NCBI GenBank assembly: GCA_003427395.1
Contig: BFEA01000008.1
Span: 1,483,670 to 1,547,667 of the forward strand
DNA: 63,998 bases
From: Chara braunii
Lineage: Eukaryota > Plantae > Charophyceae
Direction: 5' to 3'
In this document: positions 23,901-37,500 of the stretch, one piece after another
Layout: each line of letters opens with the position of its first letter
Numbering within the stretch: the stretch's first letter is position 1
Notes under the pieces: model-generated
Database searches by the model: none
Told to the model about the DNA's origin: nothing
Seen by the model: the letters and a program-made list of their open reading frames with translations, nothing else
Translations under genes and position numbers: made by a program

Positions 23901-26900
23901 AGCAAGTCCTGGACTGTCCCCAGGCTGGGGAATTGAAGCTGGTCTATCGGCTTCCGGGCGGAAGGAGAGACCATGCAATGATGCAGGCACAAGCAGTAAG
24001 CCGACCTTTTTTAGGGGACGGCTCAAGCAGGGTTCCCAAAGGCGGTACAAGACGATAGATAAGAAGTGTCGCCCAGTTCCCGTCCTTGTCACGGAAGATG
24101 AGAAGGTTTATTATGAGCGAAACGAGGATTGATACGACGCATGAGGGGGCAAGCAGCGATGGGGCCGTGCCGTATCAATAAAGAGAATGAGGAGAAGTTG
24201 ATAGTGGGAGAGTGGGAGTTTCAGCTACCCCGGGAGAGGGCGCTGATGATAGAGTTGATGAAGAAAAGGCATCACGCCTATGCATTCGATGACGATCAGC
24301 GAGGGCGGATGAACGTAGATAAAATCCCCATGATCCGGATTCATACCGTACCGCATGAGCCATGAAATTTGAGAGGGGCACGGTATCCTAATCCTGACGA
24401 GGAAAAAAAGGTAATGAATTATCTCGACGGCAAGATACGTACGCATGTCGCTGACTACTCGAGTGGGCCGTACGCGTCTCCATGGTTTTGTTTTGTTAAG
24501 CCTAACGAGACACTGCGGTGGGTACAAGATTTGCAGCAACTGAATGCAGCGACTGTGCGAGATGCGGGAGGTTTGCAAAATGCAGACGCACTATCAGAGT
24601 CCTGTGTTGGAAGGCCTATAATTTCGCTTATAGACCTCTACTCGGGGTATGACCAGTTTCCAGTCTACTACCCGCCAGACAGGCCAGTGACAACAATGCA
24701 TACACCTAGAGGACTGATCCATATGAATGTGGTTCCGCAAGGGTGGACTAATGCAGTGGCGATGGTTCAACGACATATGATTCGAGCCATGCAGTCCGTC
24801 AGCTCGCATATCACTCAGCCGTATATCGACGACTTGGCGGTAAAAGGGCCGGGAGAGAAGGAGAGTAACGAAGTCTTACCAGGAGTAAGGCGCTTTGTCT
24901 GGAAGCATGTCCAGGATCTTGATAAAGTCATGAGCTTGCTTGAGGAGCACAACCTCACGGCAAGTGGAGCCAAATCCAGACAATGCGTGAGAGAGGCTAC
25001 CATCCTAGGGTTCGTCTATAGTGAGAAGGGTCGTCGGCCAGACGTAAGAAAGACGGACAAAATTACCGAATAACCAGTACCATTCCATTCGATAACTGAT
25101 GTTAGGAGCTTCCTCGGCACCTGTGGGTTCCGGAGAACCTTCGTCAAGAATTTTGCCACAAAGACGGAACACTTAAGAAAGTTAGTTCGTCAGGACCAGG
25201 AGTGGATCTGGGGTGAGGAGCAGGAGAAGGCAGTGACTAAGATGAAAGAGGAGTTTCGAGAAGGAGGGTTAGTATTAGGAGCACCGGACTATAATGCCAC
25301 AAAGGTAAGGCCATTTGTCGTTGAAACAGACGCTGGATCGACTGCCTTGGGAGGAGTCTTAATCCAGATAGATGTTGAAGGAAAGGAGAGACCACTGAGG
25401 TTTGAGAGCCGAACTCTCAATACAACTGAGAGAAACTACTCTCAGTTTAAAAAAGAGACTCTCGCTGTCTTTTACTGCCTAAGAATCTTCAGGAATCATA
25501 TCTTTGGCAGAAGGTTCATATTAAGGGTGGACCCAACCGCTCTCGCCTAGTCATTGAGAAATTATGTTCCATCGGATCCTACGGTAGCCAGATGGTTGAC
25601 TTACATCTGGATGTTTAACTTTGAGTTGGAAAGGATCCCTGGAAACAAGAATAGCGCGGATGGGTTAAGCCGCATCGACTGGGATCAGCAGAAGTAGAAG
25701 GCGGTAGAGACTACGCCCCAGTTGATGGGTTATTGGATCAAGAGGAAGACATCTGTCTTCATATAAATGAATGGTTTTTGCGAGTACCTAATTGCATTGG
25801 CGACCCCATCTGGATTGCACCGAGAGGGTATGAACAGAAGGCAGAACTGGTGGTCAAGCCTTCTAAAGAAAAAGACCCATAGGGCGGCAAAAACGTCCAA
25901 TGGATGATGAAGTTGGCACTAGCGGGCACACATAGTCTGGTGGAGGAGATGAGAATGATAGAGGAATGGCCAGATGAGGTAGAGAAGCACGAGGAATTAA
26001 TGGGAGGGATGTATCTCCTCGTTAATACACTTCTGCAGGGAAACTTTGATCAGATAAGCTTGCTGAATCCAGCTGAGAATGAAGATGTGGTGCCAGAAAG
26101 CCAGATGATGAGTTTGAAAAGGGGGAGATCAAAGAGGCGTTTCGTGCGGAAGAGTATGAATGAATCTACCTGAAGTTGGGGCTTCTCCTATCGTGTGAGA
26201 TACGGGATAGGGATGCAAGTGAAATGACTCAAAAGATGAGGCATCTCCATTTGGTGAGAGATGGTCATCTTTTTGTAAAGAGGCAAGTGGGAAACCGCAG
26301 GAGGGTTGTGTGTGGCAGGAATCGTCAGATTGATATTATAGCTGCGCTTCATGATGACATCGCGGGGGGGCACCGGGGAGTTAGTGTCACGTATGCCAAG
26401 ATAAGCGAACTATACTACAGAGATGGAATGATGGAAATGGTCAGCAAGTTTTGCCATTCCTGCGTACCTTGTCAAGAACGGTCTCCTCCGAGACCAGGAG
26501 AGCCGTTGCATCCAAGGTTCGAAAGGGAAGTGGGGGCCGTAGTACATCTCGACTTGCTCTTCATGCCGATTGGGGATCATGACTATGATTATATCTTCGA
26601 TGCGAGTGATAACCTTTCTGGCTTTGTAGATGGACGAGTCATCCATACAAAGACCGGTTCGGTTTTGGTAAGCTGCGTCGAGGAGTACTACCTGCGTTAT
26701 TCCTTTGTCAGAGAGTTTGTAATGGATAGAGGGTCGGAGTTTACCTGTCAGGAAGTGCAAGAGTTGTTGTCAAGATACGGCGTGGTAGCCAATTATACCA
26801 CGGCCACGCACCCCCAGGCGAATGCTCCAGTTGAAAGAGGGCACGACACCATCACGAACCTTCTAGCTAAGTGGACTGAAGGTAGGCCTAATCAGTGGCC

Positions 26901-27411
26901 AAAATACCTAAGGACGACATTTTTTGTCGAGAATATTACGGTAAAGAGGACCACTAAGTACGCGTCAGCCACGCTATGGTACGGGAGACACGCCACCTTC
27001 CCAATTGAGAGCTTCTTGAAGAGTTGGAGACGTCAGGACTTAGAAACCAACCTGTCCTTTGAAGAATTGCTCGACATTCGAGCATGACAGGTGGGTGCAA
27101 TAGAGGAAAGGATTCAGAAGGCGTCCAACCAAGTGGAGAAGAGCCGCATGGATGATAAGGCTCGTTGGGACCAGTTGGCGCGAGTACGGAAGGTACCCTT
27201 GGCAGTTGGAGACGTCGTACTACTATATGACTCGTCCTTAGAGAAACAGTGGTCCAGGAAGCTTGACAAAAGGTGTCTAGGACCCTATCGAATTGTGCGA
27301 TGTGGAGATTTTGACGCATACCAAATTGAGGAGCTAGATGAAACAAAATGGAAGGATTGGGTATCAGGAACGAGACTGAAGAAATTTGTGGCAAGAGAGG
27401 AGGTAAGATAG
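20921..27411 (+). pseudogene. gag-pol: Gypsy gag-pol polyprotein, disrupted
   Basis: Gag knuckle CQHCDKQGHTIRFC (22249); protease AMEDTG; RT YASPWFC..LRWVQD..LN, DLYSGYDQ, PQGW, YIDD; RNase H VETDA..ALGGVL, ERNYSQ, LRVD; integrase H..GGH..C..C, D-D-E and GPY motif. Multiple stops and frameshifts. Confidence 0.95.
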
Positions 27412-27508
27412 GCGATTCAACTCCTTTAAAGTAGAATCCTAAGTATGTAGAAAAGAGTCATAGATAAGGCATAGAAAGGGGCAGAGGGACCCAGAGCCTA
27501 GAGATACC

Positions 27509-29495
27509 ATGTCATGGCGAGGAGGACGGAAGGCGGGCGCTAGGCGAGAGGAGGAGTTGATACCCGTGGAGGAGGAGCGAGGGGTATATCCCGAGTGTGG
27601 GATAGGCTCGATGGTCTTCCAGCGGGTTACTGGAGCAGAGCTGAGGGAGTCTCCCCAGCACGCAAGAGGAGGTGGCGCCATCCAGAGGATCATGGCAGGA
27701 ACTGGAAGCACACCTGGATAGTTCACAGTGGAGAGTGTCTCAGGTTGATGAGGGGCATGATGAGCCAATTGGAGATTCGCCACGAGAGGAGGTCCGTCAG
27801 GGAGAAGAGCGAGGCGCTCAAGGTGGACGCGTAGCAGAGGAGGTGATAGAGGTTGGAGAGGACACTCCACCCCAGGCGCATGTTGCAGAGTTGAGGCCAG
27901 AGATCGTACCGAAGATCGCCCGCGAGGAGGAGGAGGAGCCTCAACAGGGGGAGATTCCGTCCTTGCCGCCAGAGGTAATCCTTTCGCCAGGGGTGAAGAT
28001 GGAAATTGAGCGAGAACGGACTGACTGGAGAAGAAAGGCCATCTCCATGATTGATAGGTATCTAGCAGTGCATGCCCAAGAGCACCCTGACATTGAGGAG
28101 CCTATGCCTATGGAGCCGCCGCGAGAGTCGCGCCAGCTAGAGAGAGAAGCAGGGGCCGAGATTCCGGGGAGAGCAGACCATCGCACGAGAGGGAGAGTAC
28201 CGGCAGGGGAGACAGCCGATGAGAAGCGGGCCAGAGTTGGAAAATGCGTGGAGGAAATTTGGCAGGAAAGTCAGAGATTAGAGGTGGTCAGGGCACTCCC
28301 AGATCAACCACCACCGCCTAAGCCATGTGGAGTCAAGGAGATGTGGGACGAGTTCTTTGACCAGCATGGCGAGGGGTTGACGACTCCAGAGGGGGCAGGA
28401 CTCGGGACATCAAGGAGGCTGGATGAGTACCTGGATCGTAAGATCCGCTTCCTGACCAAAACATCTTTCAATAGGTACCTGATGTTGAAAGATGATCTGG
28501 CCGGAAAAAAGGTGAAGGAAGCGAGTCATGGAGTGCGTCTGAAGGCGGTTGAGGCGGAGGTACGAGAGCTCAGAGCATTGGTGGCTAGTCAAGCTGCCAT
28601 CATCCAGGATTTGAGGCGGCAACCTCGAGACAGGGTCGACAGGACAGAGAGAGAGGAGCCTGCCGAGGTAGTGGACGGGGCAGGGAGTAGCCGACATGAC
28701 GTCCAGAGAGAGTCAATACAGGACTTGTCCGAGCAGCCACTAGCAGTTGGACTCCCCCTGGAACCGCCCATGGGAAGAGTCATCATGGAGCCTGAGGAGG
28801 CAAAGGCAAAGAGGGAGGCAGAGAGAGAGGCCTTTGAGTTCAGGGCGCCTACTGAACTCGCCACGTTGCCAACAACAGCCGTGGAGCCCATGACAGAGGC
28901 TATGCCATTATCAGTCGAGAGGGGGCAACAGACAACTAGCAGCGAGCCGATTCAGGGTTCAGTGAAAGGGTCTATGGATGTGCTCCTGAAGGCAGTTGAT
29001 ACTATGCAGGAAGAGGCGAGTCTATTTTCGCCTGAGCAGAGGGTGGAGGAACCACCTCAGGGAGAAATGATGATTGCGATGAAGAGCGTCATTGAGGGTA
29101 GGCCACAGAGGTTGGATACTCCTGAGTACAGACCAACAGGAGTTGGGATACGGGCAGAGCCGAGTACTCGAGAGATGGATTTGAGATCTAAGGAGTCTAT
29201 GGACGTGCCCCAGAGCTATGAGCTGGGCAGAGAGGCTAGCGAGGCACCTTCGTCGCTAGGGTCTCAGAGGAAGAAGAAAAGGCTAAGAAAGTCATAAGAC
29301 CCGGCTTATTTTTTCTGCAAGAAAGGGGAATATACAGCCTTGCAGTGTTCTAAGTTTTTGAAGGACAAGGCAATAGGGAAAGTTACTGAGAGTCATGGTA
29401 AGATGTATGATAGACAGGGTAGAATAGTGGAACGATCTGTCGATGGGGGCCGAGCTCAGTTATATAGGCAAAACCAGGAGGAGATGAGTGAGTAG
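27509..29495 (+). pseudogene. Extra sense ORF after integrase: acidic/Pro-rich, coiled-coil, C-terminal decayed CCHC knuckle
   Basis: 27509-27721 probably frameshifts into the 541-aa ORF 27672-29297. Past a single TAA the frame continues DPAYFFCKKGEYTALQC...QEEMSE* to 29495. Confidence 0.8.
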
Positions 29496-31580
29496 GGACT
29501 GGTTAACCTACGTATAGGATTACTGTTTAGCTAGCATAAGGATGAGCAAAGTATGTACATTAGGGCCGAGGTTTGACGATATCTTTGTTTTCGTTTTTTG
29601 CATTCTTGAGAGTCTGAATATTTATGCTGTTAATTGTACATATGGAGGATTACAGCGTATGTTTCCCATTGACATTTTTTTTTAGTGATATAAGGGTCAG
29701 CGTTATGTAAGATAGCATGTATATGACAAGGATATTCTTCCTTGACTTTGACATTCAAATTCAGTAGTTGTCTCAGCGACGTTTCTACCAGTATGATTGG
29801 CCCTGTATCATATTGAGAGTGACATTGATTGATCCGAGTGAGTTATGGATCTGGGCTACTATGGGTGTTTTTTTATGAGATATCACATCCCTGAGTGTAC
29901 TTTTGAGTTGAGTTATATCCGAGACTATTCCCCTATATATGACGATCATATCACTCTCACATGTGTAGTTTTATTCTGATGTATGATGACTTTGTGTGAG
30001 AGATGTATGAGAAACATCTCATATGTTGTGTATTTCGTGAATGTGAATGGATGTGGACTGTCTACTTTTCGGTATACTCGTGTGATATGGGTATGGGCGG
30101 GTGATAGGGTCGGGTATAAGAAGAGGGAGCGCAGCCTGTTTTTGTGAAAAGTGTGAGAATCCTAAGGGATTTATGAGTCTTTGAGACTTTAATACTTACC
30201 ATGCCAAATGTATTGATTGAGTTATGATGAGGATCCATAAGTTGACCTCTCAGTTTGAGTTGTTTTATGGTTAAGACATCCTCGAGAGGGGAAGATAGTC
30301 TCTGTTTGTTTGGAGACTTACCTTCTGAGAGAAAAGATGTTTCAAGAGAAAAGTCGTGTGAGAGTTCATCCTAAAAAGGGAAGGGATGACAGGGAGACCT
30401 ATTGAGTGAGACCGCCTTCATATGAAAAGGTGGTTAATAGATTTAATGGCATAAAAAACTTATCTTGAATGATAAAGTCTGACGAGAAAGACCACATTTT
30501 GTTTGGCCATTGGTGAAATTTTGGAGGTCGCAAGTGTGATTTATTTTGGGAGATGTCACTGAGAGGTGATCTTCTTGCTCTGATCAAGTAGGGAGGTCAC
30601 AACCTTGTGAATCTGGCGGTGATTTTGTTTTGTGAATGTGGAGAGGTTGTCGTGTTTCTCTGTGTTGTCCCACAGAGGACTGGTAAATACCTTTTATGTG
30701 TGTCAGACCTTTGCGTAGTCCCGCAGTAGGTCTGTTATGTTGCGACACACCGTCCAGCCACTTGTGTTAATCTTGGGGCATTTATGAGAGTACCAAGCTA
30801 ACGGTAAAGTTTAGCATCATTAGGGCGCAACCCCTAGTGTCGGTTGCTGATCAGTGTAACCTGACCAGCTGGCCTACGTCTTGCCAAGGGAGTAATGACT
30901 TAAAGGGGTGTGGCCACCTAGGAAGGTTTTACTCCTTCGGAACGGCGTGGGATAGGAGTGGAGTCGAGTCTTTCTTAGTCCTGATTGAATGTTTATCAGG
31001 AAAAAACTTATCGTGGCGCAACCTACGAGGGCATTACCGCTAAAATAACAACTCGGTGGGTCGTAGATCTGACACAATCACTCAGACTATGGTGGGCCAG
31101 GATGAAGAGTTGACCTCCCTGTACTAGACTGCAGGAAGAGTCTATGATGAGATTTGTATAAATATATATGTTTGATTGCGAAATTTGTTGGAGGGAAGCA
31201 AAAATGTCTTCAAAGGTCTAGGTTAGGGTCCTCGTCCCTGGTTATTGCCCTGTTTGCAAAATAGAGGCTAGGGACACCTAACGAGAAGCCAACATTTGTC
31301 TAGGAAAAAGGGGAGAGGACAATTGAGGAATCCACTTAAGACTTATGTTGTAATATAGTAATGAGTATCTCATTGTCCTAGTGTCATGACGATGGAGGCC
31401 TAGTTTGGAATCCTGGCAGCATAAAGTTGCGTTTGGAGTGGACTGATGGAGGTCTCGAACCTGAGTCTATCGGCTGATCAGATTGGTTTCTTTCTCGTTA
31501 GCATTTAAAATTCTGAATGGATTTATAGGTTTCTGATTCTGCGAAGCGACGGGGACGTCACTTAATATGATCCGGTAAGC

Positions 31581-34500
31581 TGTCGGTGCGAATACCCTTA
31601 CAAGGGTATCCGCCTTGGTTTTTGCAAGTGACATAAAATATGTTTGGTTTAAAAGTTTAAGTATACCGCGCGAGGTGCGACAATGTCTGTGGTTGACGTT
31701 AACTGAACGGTTGGTGAGAGTAAAGATTGTGTAGGCGCTCAGACTTAAGGCGCGCGTGATCTTTTTTTTTCTTTTTTTTTATTGATGATTGTGAAAGTCG
31801 GCGTAGCTGCCGGCCAGATTCTTGTTTTTGATTAAATTAGGATTACAAGGATTATGCCTCTTGGTTGGTGCTTTTGCTTGTGACTTGTGTGTACGTACGG
31901 AGGACGGTGTTGACAATGATGTGAGTTTGAAACGTTTCGGTAGATCTGCGCACCACGCAGTATCGGTTCATTTAGGTGTCCGTCAAAACTAGAGCCAGAT
32001 TTGGGCTTAGCATTATTGGTTACTGCATCGGACTTTCACCAGAGAGATCCGGGGAGCGAGACCAACAAGCGGCATCATAGGGGCATTGGAGCAGCGTGAG
32101 GGAGCCGAAGGGTTGAAGGCGTGGCGCGGGTATCCTTTTTGGTTTTAGTTGCTGCGCAACGCAGGTCTCAAAGGAGTGAAGCGAGGTGGTACATCCTTGA
32201 GCCAATAAATAAAGGCATAACTTTAGGCCTTGTTGGATGCAGGTGAGTAAGATATTGTGTGTCCGATTTACTTGAAGCCGACCAATGCCGATGAGGGCCT
32301 CAGAAGCTGTAACCTGGGCCTTTGGGACTGGTTCGGGTTTTTAGCGGGTCTGGCTCGGTAATAGCAGCCACGACCGTTGAAAGAAGAGCTCAGGTTGGGC
32401 CTAGGGAGTTGTTTGGCCACCTGATAGCCCTTCGTAGGCTTGCCGTGCGTAAGTCATTCGGGCCATCTGTTTGAAAATGGGGCAAGACAGAGAAGGTCGG
32501 CGCAACCCCTGTGAGACCGTGACATGCATGTAGCGCTAGTGTCTATCTAAACCTGGCCATCATGAGTGGCCAGGGCCGCAGTGGGCCCTGATCGACTGGA
32601 TGTGGCCAGTGGGATTTCGGCGAAGGCACACAATAGTACTGGCGCGCAGATTGTTCGCCGGGTCAGGTATAGGGGCAAAAGACTATTCTAGAAGGTTGGT
32701 CCCCCTTCGAAGTCTTCCTAAGGAAAGTCGGCGCTGCTGAACAGATTCGCGCTCGGTTGTAGGATCGAGCGCTACGGCCAGAAGGAACGTTGGCAAAGGC
32801 TCGCAGTAACAGGCGAAATCGATTGTTGGATGAGGGAATACCGGGCAACGCAGATTGAGAGTGGCGGAGACAGGCGGTAGGTGACGGGGAAGAGCAAGAG
32901 ATCAAAAAGGATGGAATGAACTGACCGTGGATTCACGCCAGGTGCGTTCTAGAAACGAAGATGGAGAAGGAGTGAACAGGGAATTTCAAAATAGTATAGC
33001 TCGCTCGTTTCTCCACGAAAACGAGCGAGCGAAGGGTTGAGATCAGGGTTTTGGAGTCGGGCGAACACGTTGAGAAAGCCAGAATGGCGAGAAGATAAAT
33101 GGGTTAGTCAGTAGAGCAAGTATGAAGTGTGCCTTGACGAAAAGAGGTGGATATGGTAGCGGTCGAGAACGTATGCCTTGCTCGCTTAGCGATGAAAACG
33201 AATGCGTAAAGGTGGTAGGTAGGGGTTTTTACCCCGGGCGAGTGTCATGGTTAAGTTAGTTTTGACCATAAGTTAGTAGAATAAGAGATATATAGGAAAT
33301 GACGTGCGAGGAGGGATAGTGAAAATGAATATGGTGGGGACGAAGATCGAGTAACTCACCCACTTCTTCGTGAAAACGAGCAAGTGGAGATTCGTTCCAG
33401 AGGTTTTCAGGTACTGCGAGAAGGGGGGTGAAGTTAGTTTTGAGAGTTAGTGGTTGAATTTTGTGTTGCTTTATTGATAGTCTGCGGAATGTATCTCCCC
33501 ACGTTTTAGTGCAAACTCCATACCGATATTGCTCATTCCATTAAGCGAAGTGGCGTGGGGCTAGCGGTGGGAATTGGGGACCTACCTGATCCGCAGTCGC
33601 TCCTAGGACCTGCCTGATCGCACGGCTGGTCCATACACTTGGTCAACTTTGAAGAGTGGGGGCGCTAATTGGTTTGAGCAGTGAAGGTTGAAGGAAGGGG
33701 CAAGTACTTATCGACGAGAGCCAAAGACTCAGGGGGGGGGGAGGGACTGAGAGTGAAAGCTACGGGGGCCAACTGACTGCAAGGTGGTCATGACCACCAG
33801 CTTGGTCGTGGTTCCATACACCACCGATGTGATTTATTGTCACGACCTTTGTCACTGAGGTCATCACCACTATCAACCACGAGGCCACTACCTTGTCATG
33901 TTGCTACTGATCGTGAAGCTACCGGTCGCAACAACCATCTTCAGCACCGCTCTGGCAACTTTCAGCGGCCACCTGTGCATACGTACAATGAAATAGGAAA
34001 GGGTCAGGACATATCTGCTCACGTCAGTGGGGCTACATGGGTAGCATCGGCCTGCACTCTGTTTTTTTTTTTTTTTTTCCACAACCTATGTCCGAGTCTC
34101 TATGTGAGAAAGGTTGATGTACTGAGAAGAAGAGGGGGAGGTCGACTGTTATAAGCCCATAGTGTCTTGTTGTTGTTGCTGGGCTTTGTAGCTGTATATG
34201 GACTGATCAACACTGCCTCATGGTGCAAACACTGGGCCTCAGCTGATCAAGATGAGTTCTCGTTGTTCTCCATAGAGCAGTTCTTGCCGAGTTTTCTCAT
34301 TGAACGTTGTTGGGTATGACACTATGATATTGGTCTTTAAAATTGTGAATACACGATACCTTGCTGCTGAGCGCGGTTGGTACACGTACAATTTTAAAAC
34401 CGAGCTTTGCTATAGTTTAACTGCGCTTCATATAACATATAGAGAGGGTGGTAAAGTTATCGAAGGAGGCAATTGCTGCAAGTTGGAGAGGCGCTAGAGA

Positions 34501-37500
34501 ACCAACTACTGGCTGTTTGAGATCTGGTTGACCAAGCTGTTACCACATTCTGGCGATGAAAGATAACAAGGCGCTCTCTTGAGAGTTGAGTTAGCCCCTT
34601 TCTTGTATCTCGAGAATCTGAAATTTTTACTTCTGCCCTTCTTATTATAAGTCTAGTCCAGTTCTAAAAGGAAGGCGGCAGGCGGGATTGCAACCCGTAG
34701 GACCGCAGCAAGACTCTGTGGGGAGTTAGCCCACCGATTGTGGGAGCTCTGCCGGAACTAAGGAGGAGTTCTGAAGGAAGGGAATTGAAAGGTAATCATT
34801 ACTTTCCTTTTATAAGCCCTGTTATAGCCCCTATCTATATCCTTTGCTATGTTTTGACTGAGTATACTGTGTGCATCCCTACTTTAACTTTTCAGTTTGA
34901 CTTTCAGGACACAAACCAGACTAAGTAAAATAATGTGTTTGTAATGTCAGTTTCAGTTTTATTGTTTGATCGAAAGCAAATTGTGGGATTGCATTTGGGG
35001 GAAGAATGAGATGAAGGTTGTATTGTCTGTTTTGAATGGGTCTATCAAAGGTTGGACAAGTCTTCATAAGTTTGGGGAGGCCTGGTGCTATGTTTATTTT
35101 GAATTGTCTGGAGAACCAGAAATGTTGCATAAGTTTGGGTGGTCTGGTTGCTCTAACTTGTGAGGGCGGAGTGTGAATGACTTTTCAGGGACCAAGCATG
35201 TTCCATAAGTTTGGGTGGCTTGGTCGCCTTGTTTACTTCGGGTTTCTTTCAGTTTCTTTAGGTTCTGAACGAGGAGGTCTAAGGATGTTCCATAAGTTTT
35301 TGTGGCTCAGTCTCTTCCTGCTTTGGTCTTAAGAGAAAATGAATCAGGCCGAGGACCAAGACATGTTCATTAAGTTTGGGTGGTCTTGGGCCAATGCCAT
35401 GCACATGCTGGAACCAGAAGGTTATAACTTGGCTATACCTTACTACTATTCTATCTATGAACAAGTTAATGAGACATGGTTCCATAAGTTTGGGTGGTCT
35501 GACTATAACTTATCACCAACTGAAGAGAGTACTAATTAAGAATGAACTTGTGGTACGAAGTGGCAGACAGAAACTTGAGTTAAAGATGATCGGTTCAGTT
35601 ATATGTTACCTCAAAAGACTAAGACTAAGTGCAGATAATTATATAAAGTTGAGATACTTAAACAGTTTAGGGCGACTAGGGTGGCATAGTCATATGCCCA
35701 AAGAAGATCGAAGTTGTCGTGCCCTGTGTTTATGTATACTCAATGACGGAGCTAGACATGTTCCATAAGTTTGAGTGGTCTAGCTTTATGCCCTATGTAA
35801 GCTGGGTGTAAAGAGATAAATCATTGAAAGACCATGAACTATTGTTTGATAAATTGACTTTGGGGTGATGAGAGAACTTACCATTGTGGTTTGGCCTGCA
35901 TGTGACTGAGTACGACTACTACTTAGTCTGAGTTTCAGTTTGATAGGTAGTTGCTTTAGTTGTTCGCCACGTGCTAGAGTCATAGGAGTTAGTTTCAATT
36001 CCTGCATTTTCTAAGCTAAGTTTTTTTTACTTAGGTCAATTTTTGCATTTTCTGGGATCTTTTATTATACTTGGGCTTGTATAAATCTTGGTAAGCCACT
36101 TTCTCTACTAAAAGCGCTTCCAAAATTTCTATAAAACTAAGGAGTTGGTCAGACTTTGTCTTTTTCTGGGTCCAACTTTTTTGACTTTTTGACTTAGTAA
36201 AAATATGGAAAACCTCCTTCTGTAAAGGGAGTGCTGCCTAATTTTTTGCTAATTCAGGGAGTTAGACAAAATAAGACCTTGAGAAGTCAAACTCGTTTTA
36301 GAGTCTGAACTTAGTTTTGTATAAATCTTGGAATAACACTTTCTCTACGGGAACCGCTGTCGAAATTTCTACAAATCTAAAGAGTTAGTTAAATTTTTGT
36401 CTTAGTTAAACTCAAGTCTTGTTTCTGAGTTCATATCTGACTCATTATAAATCTGGAAAGTCTACCTTTCTAAAATAAATGCTACCCAAATTTTTACTAA
36501 TTCAGAGAGTTTGACAAATTTTGACTTTTCAGAGTTAGAGATTGTTTTTGTTTTCATATTTGAATTATTATAAATTATGAGAAGACACTTTTCCTACGGG
36601 AAGCGCCGTCAAAATTTTCTTAGAGGAGTTAGATTATATTTTGACAGATGACAATCCTGGAAATCCACTCTGTATAGAGGGGATTCTGCCAGGGTCTACC
36701 TTTCATTAGACACCCACTTAGGGGTGAAGTCCGGATTAATTAAGTAGAATGATTTTTGGTGAAATTCATGATATAGAGATTACTCTCAATTTGGACTCAT
36801 AGATTTAGCTTGGGGATTGACCTGTCTTGTGTTACAGGTCCTCTTGAACGTTTGATTCGAAATCAGGACTAGATTCAGTTTGATCGCACGAGGATCATTT
36901 TCTGTTATCACTGATAACAAGTCGGTTCCTGATTCGTCGGTCTATGACTCAACTCCAATTCACCCTCAATACTCGACCTAAAAGGCTTTAGCCCTGGTGA
37001 TTTATGTTGTTTTATTTAGGTTTTCACCCAGACTTTTATTGAATGACCATTTAACAAAGGTACTGAGTATTTAATTGTGGTTGGTTGGACAAGGGTTGGA
37101 CTTGCATGGCTAAAGCAAGGGGTATGAGTATAAAGATTGGTTGAAGTTGACTCTGTGTAGAGCGTTGACTTTTGGTTGACTCTTTGATGTGATTGCAGGT
37201 ATGTTCTGTGTTTCGGATTTTAGATTTGACTATCTGCGATCACACATATATATATGGTTGTGAGGAGTCCTAATGTGATTGTGAGAAGTGATCGTCACAT
37301 ACTTATCTCCCCTTTATATATATACAAGCATATACCTATGTTGGGTGTTCGCGTGGCCTGAGGGGCCCACGCTTAAGGGTTTAATGAGGGTTGAGATTGA
37401 GAAAGAAAAGAGGACCCCTTTTTATTGTTGAATGTTTCTGAAAGATTTCTTAGTCGGACGTTGGTCCTGAGTCTTGATTCGAGATCCTTGTCCAGGACAT

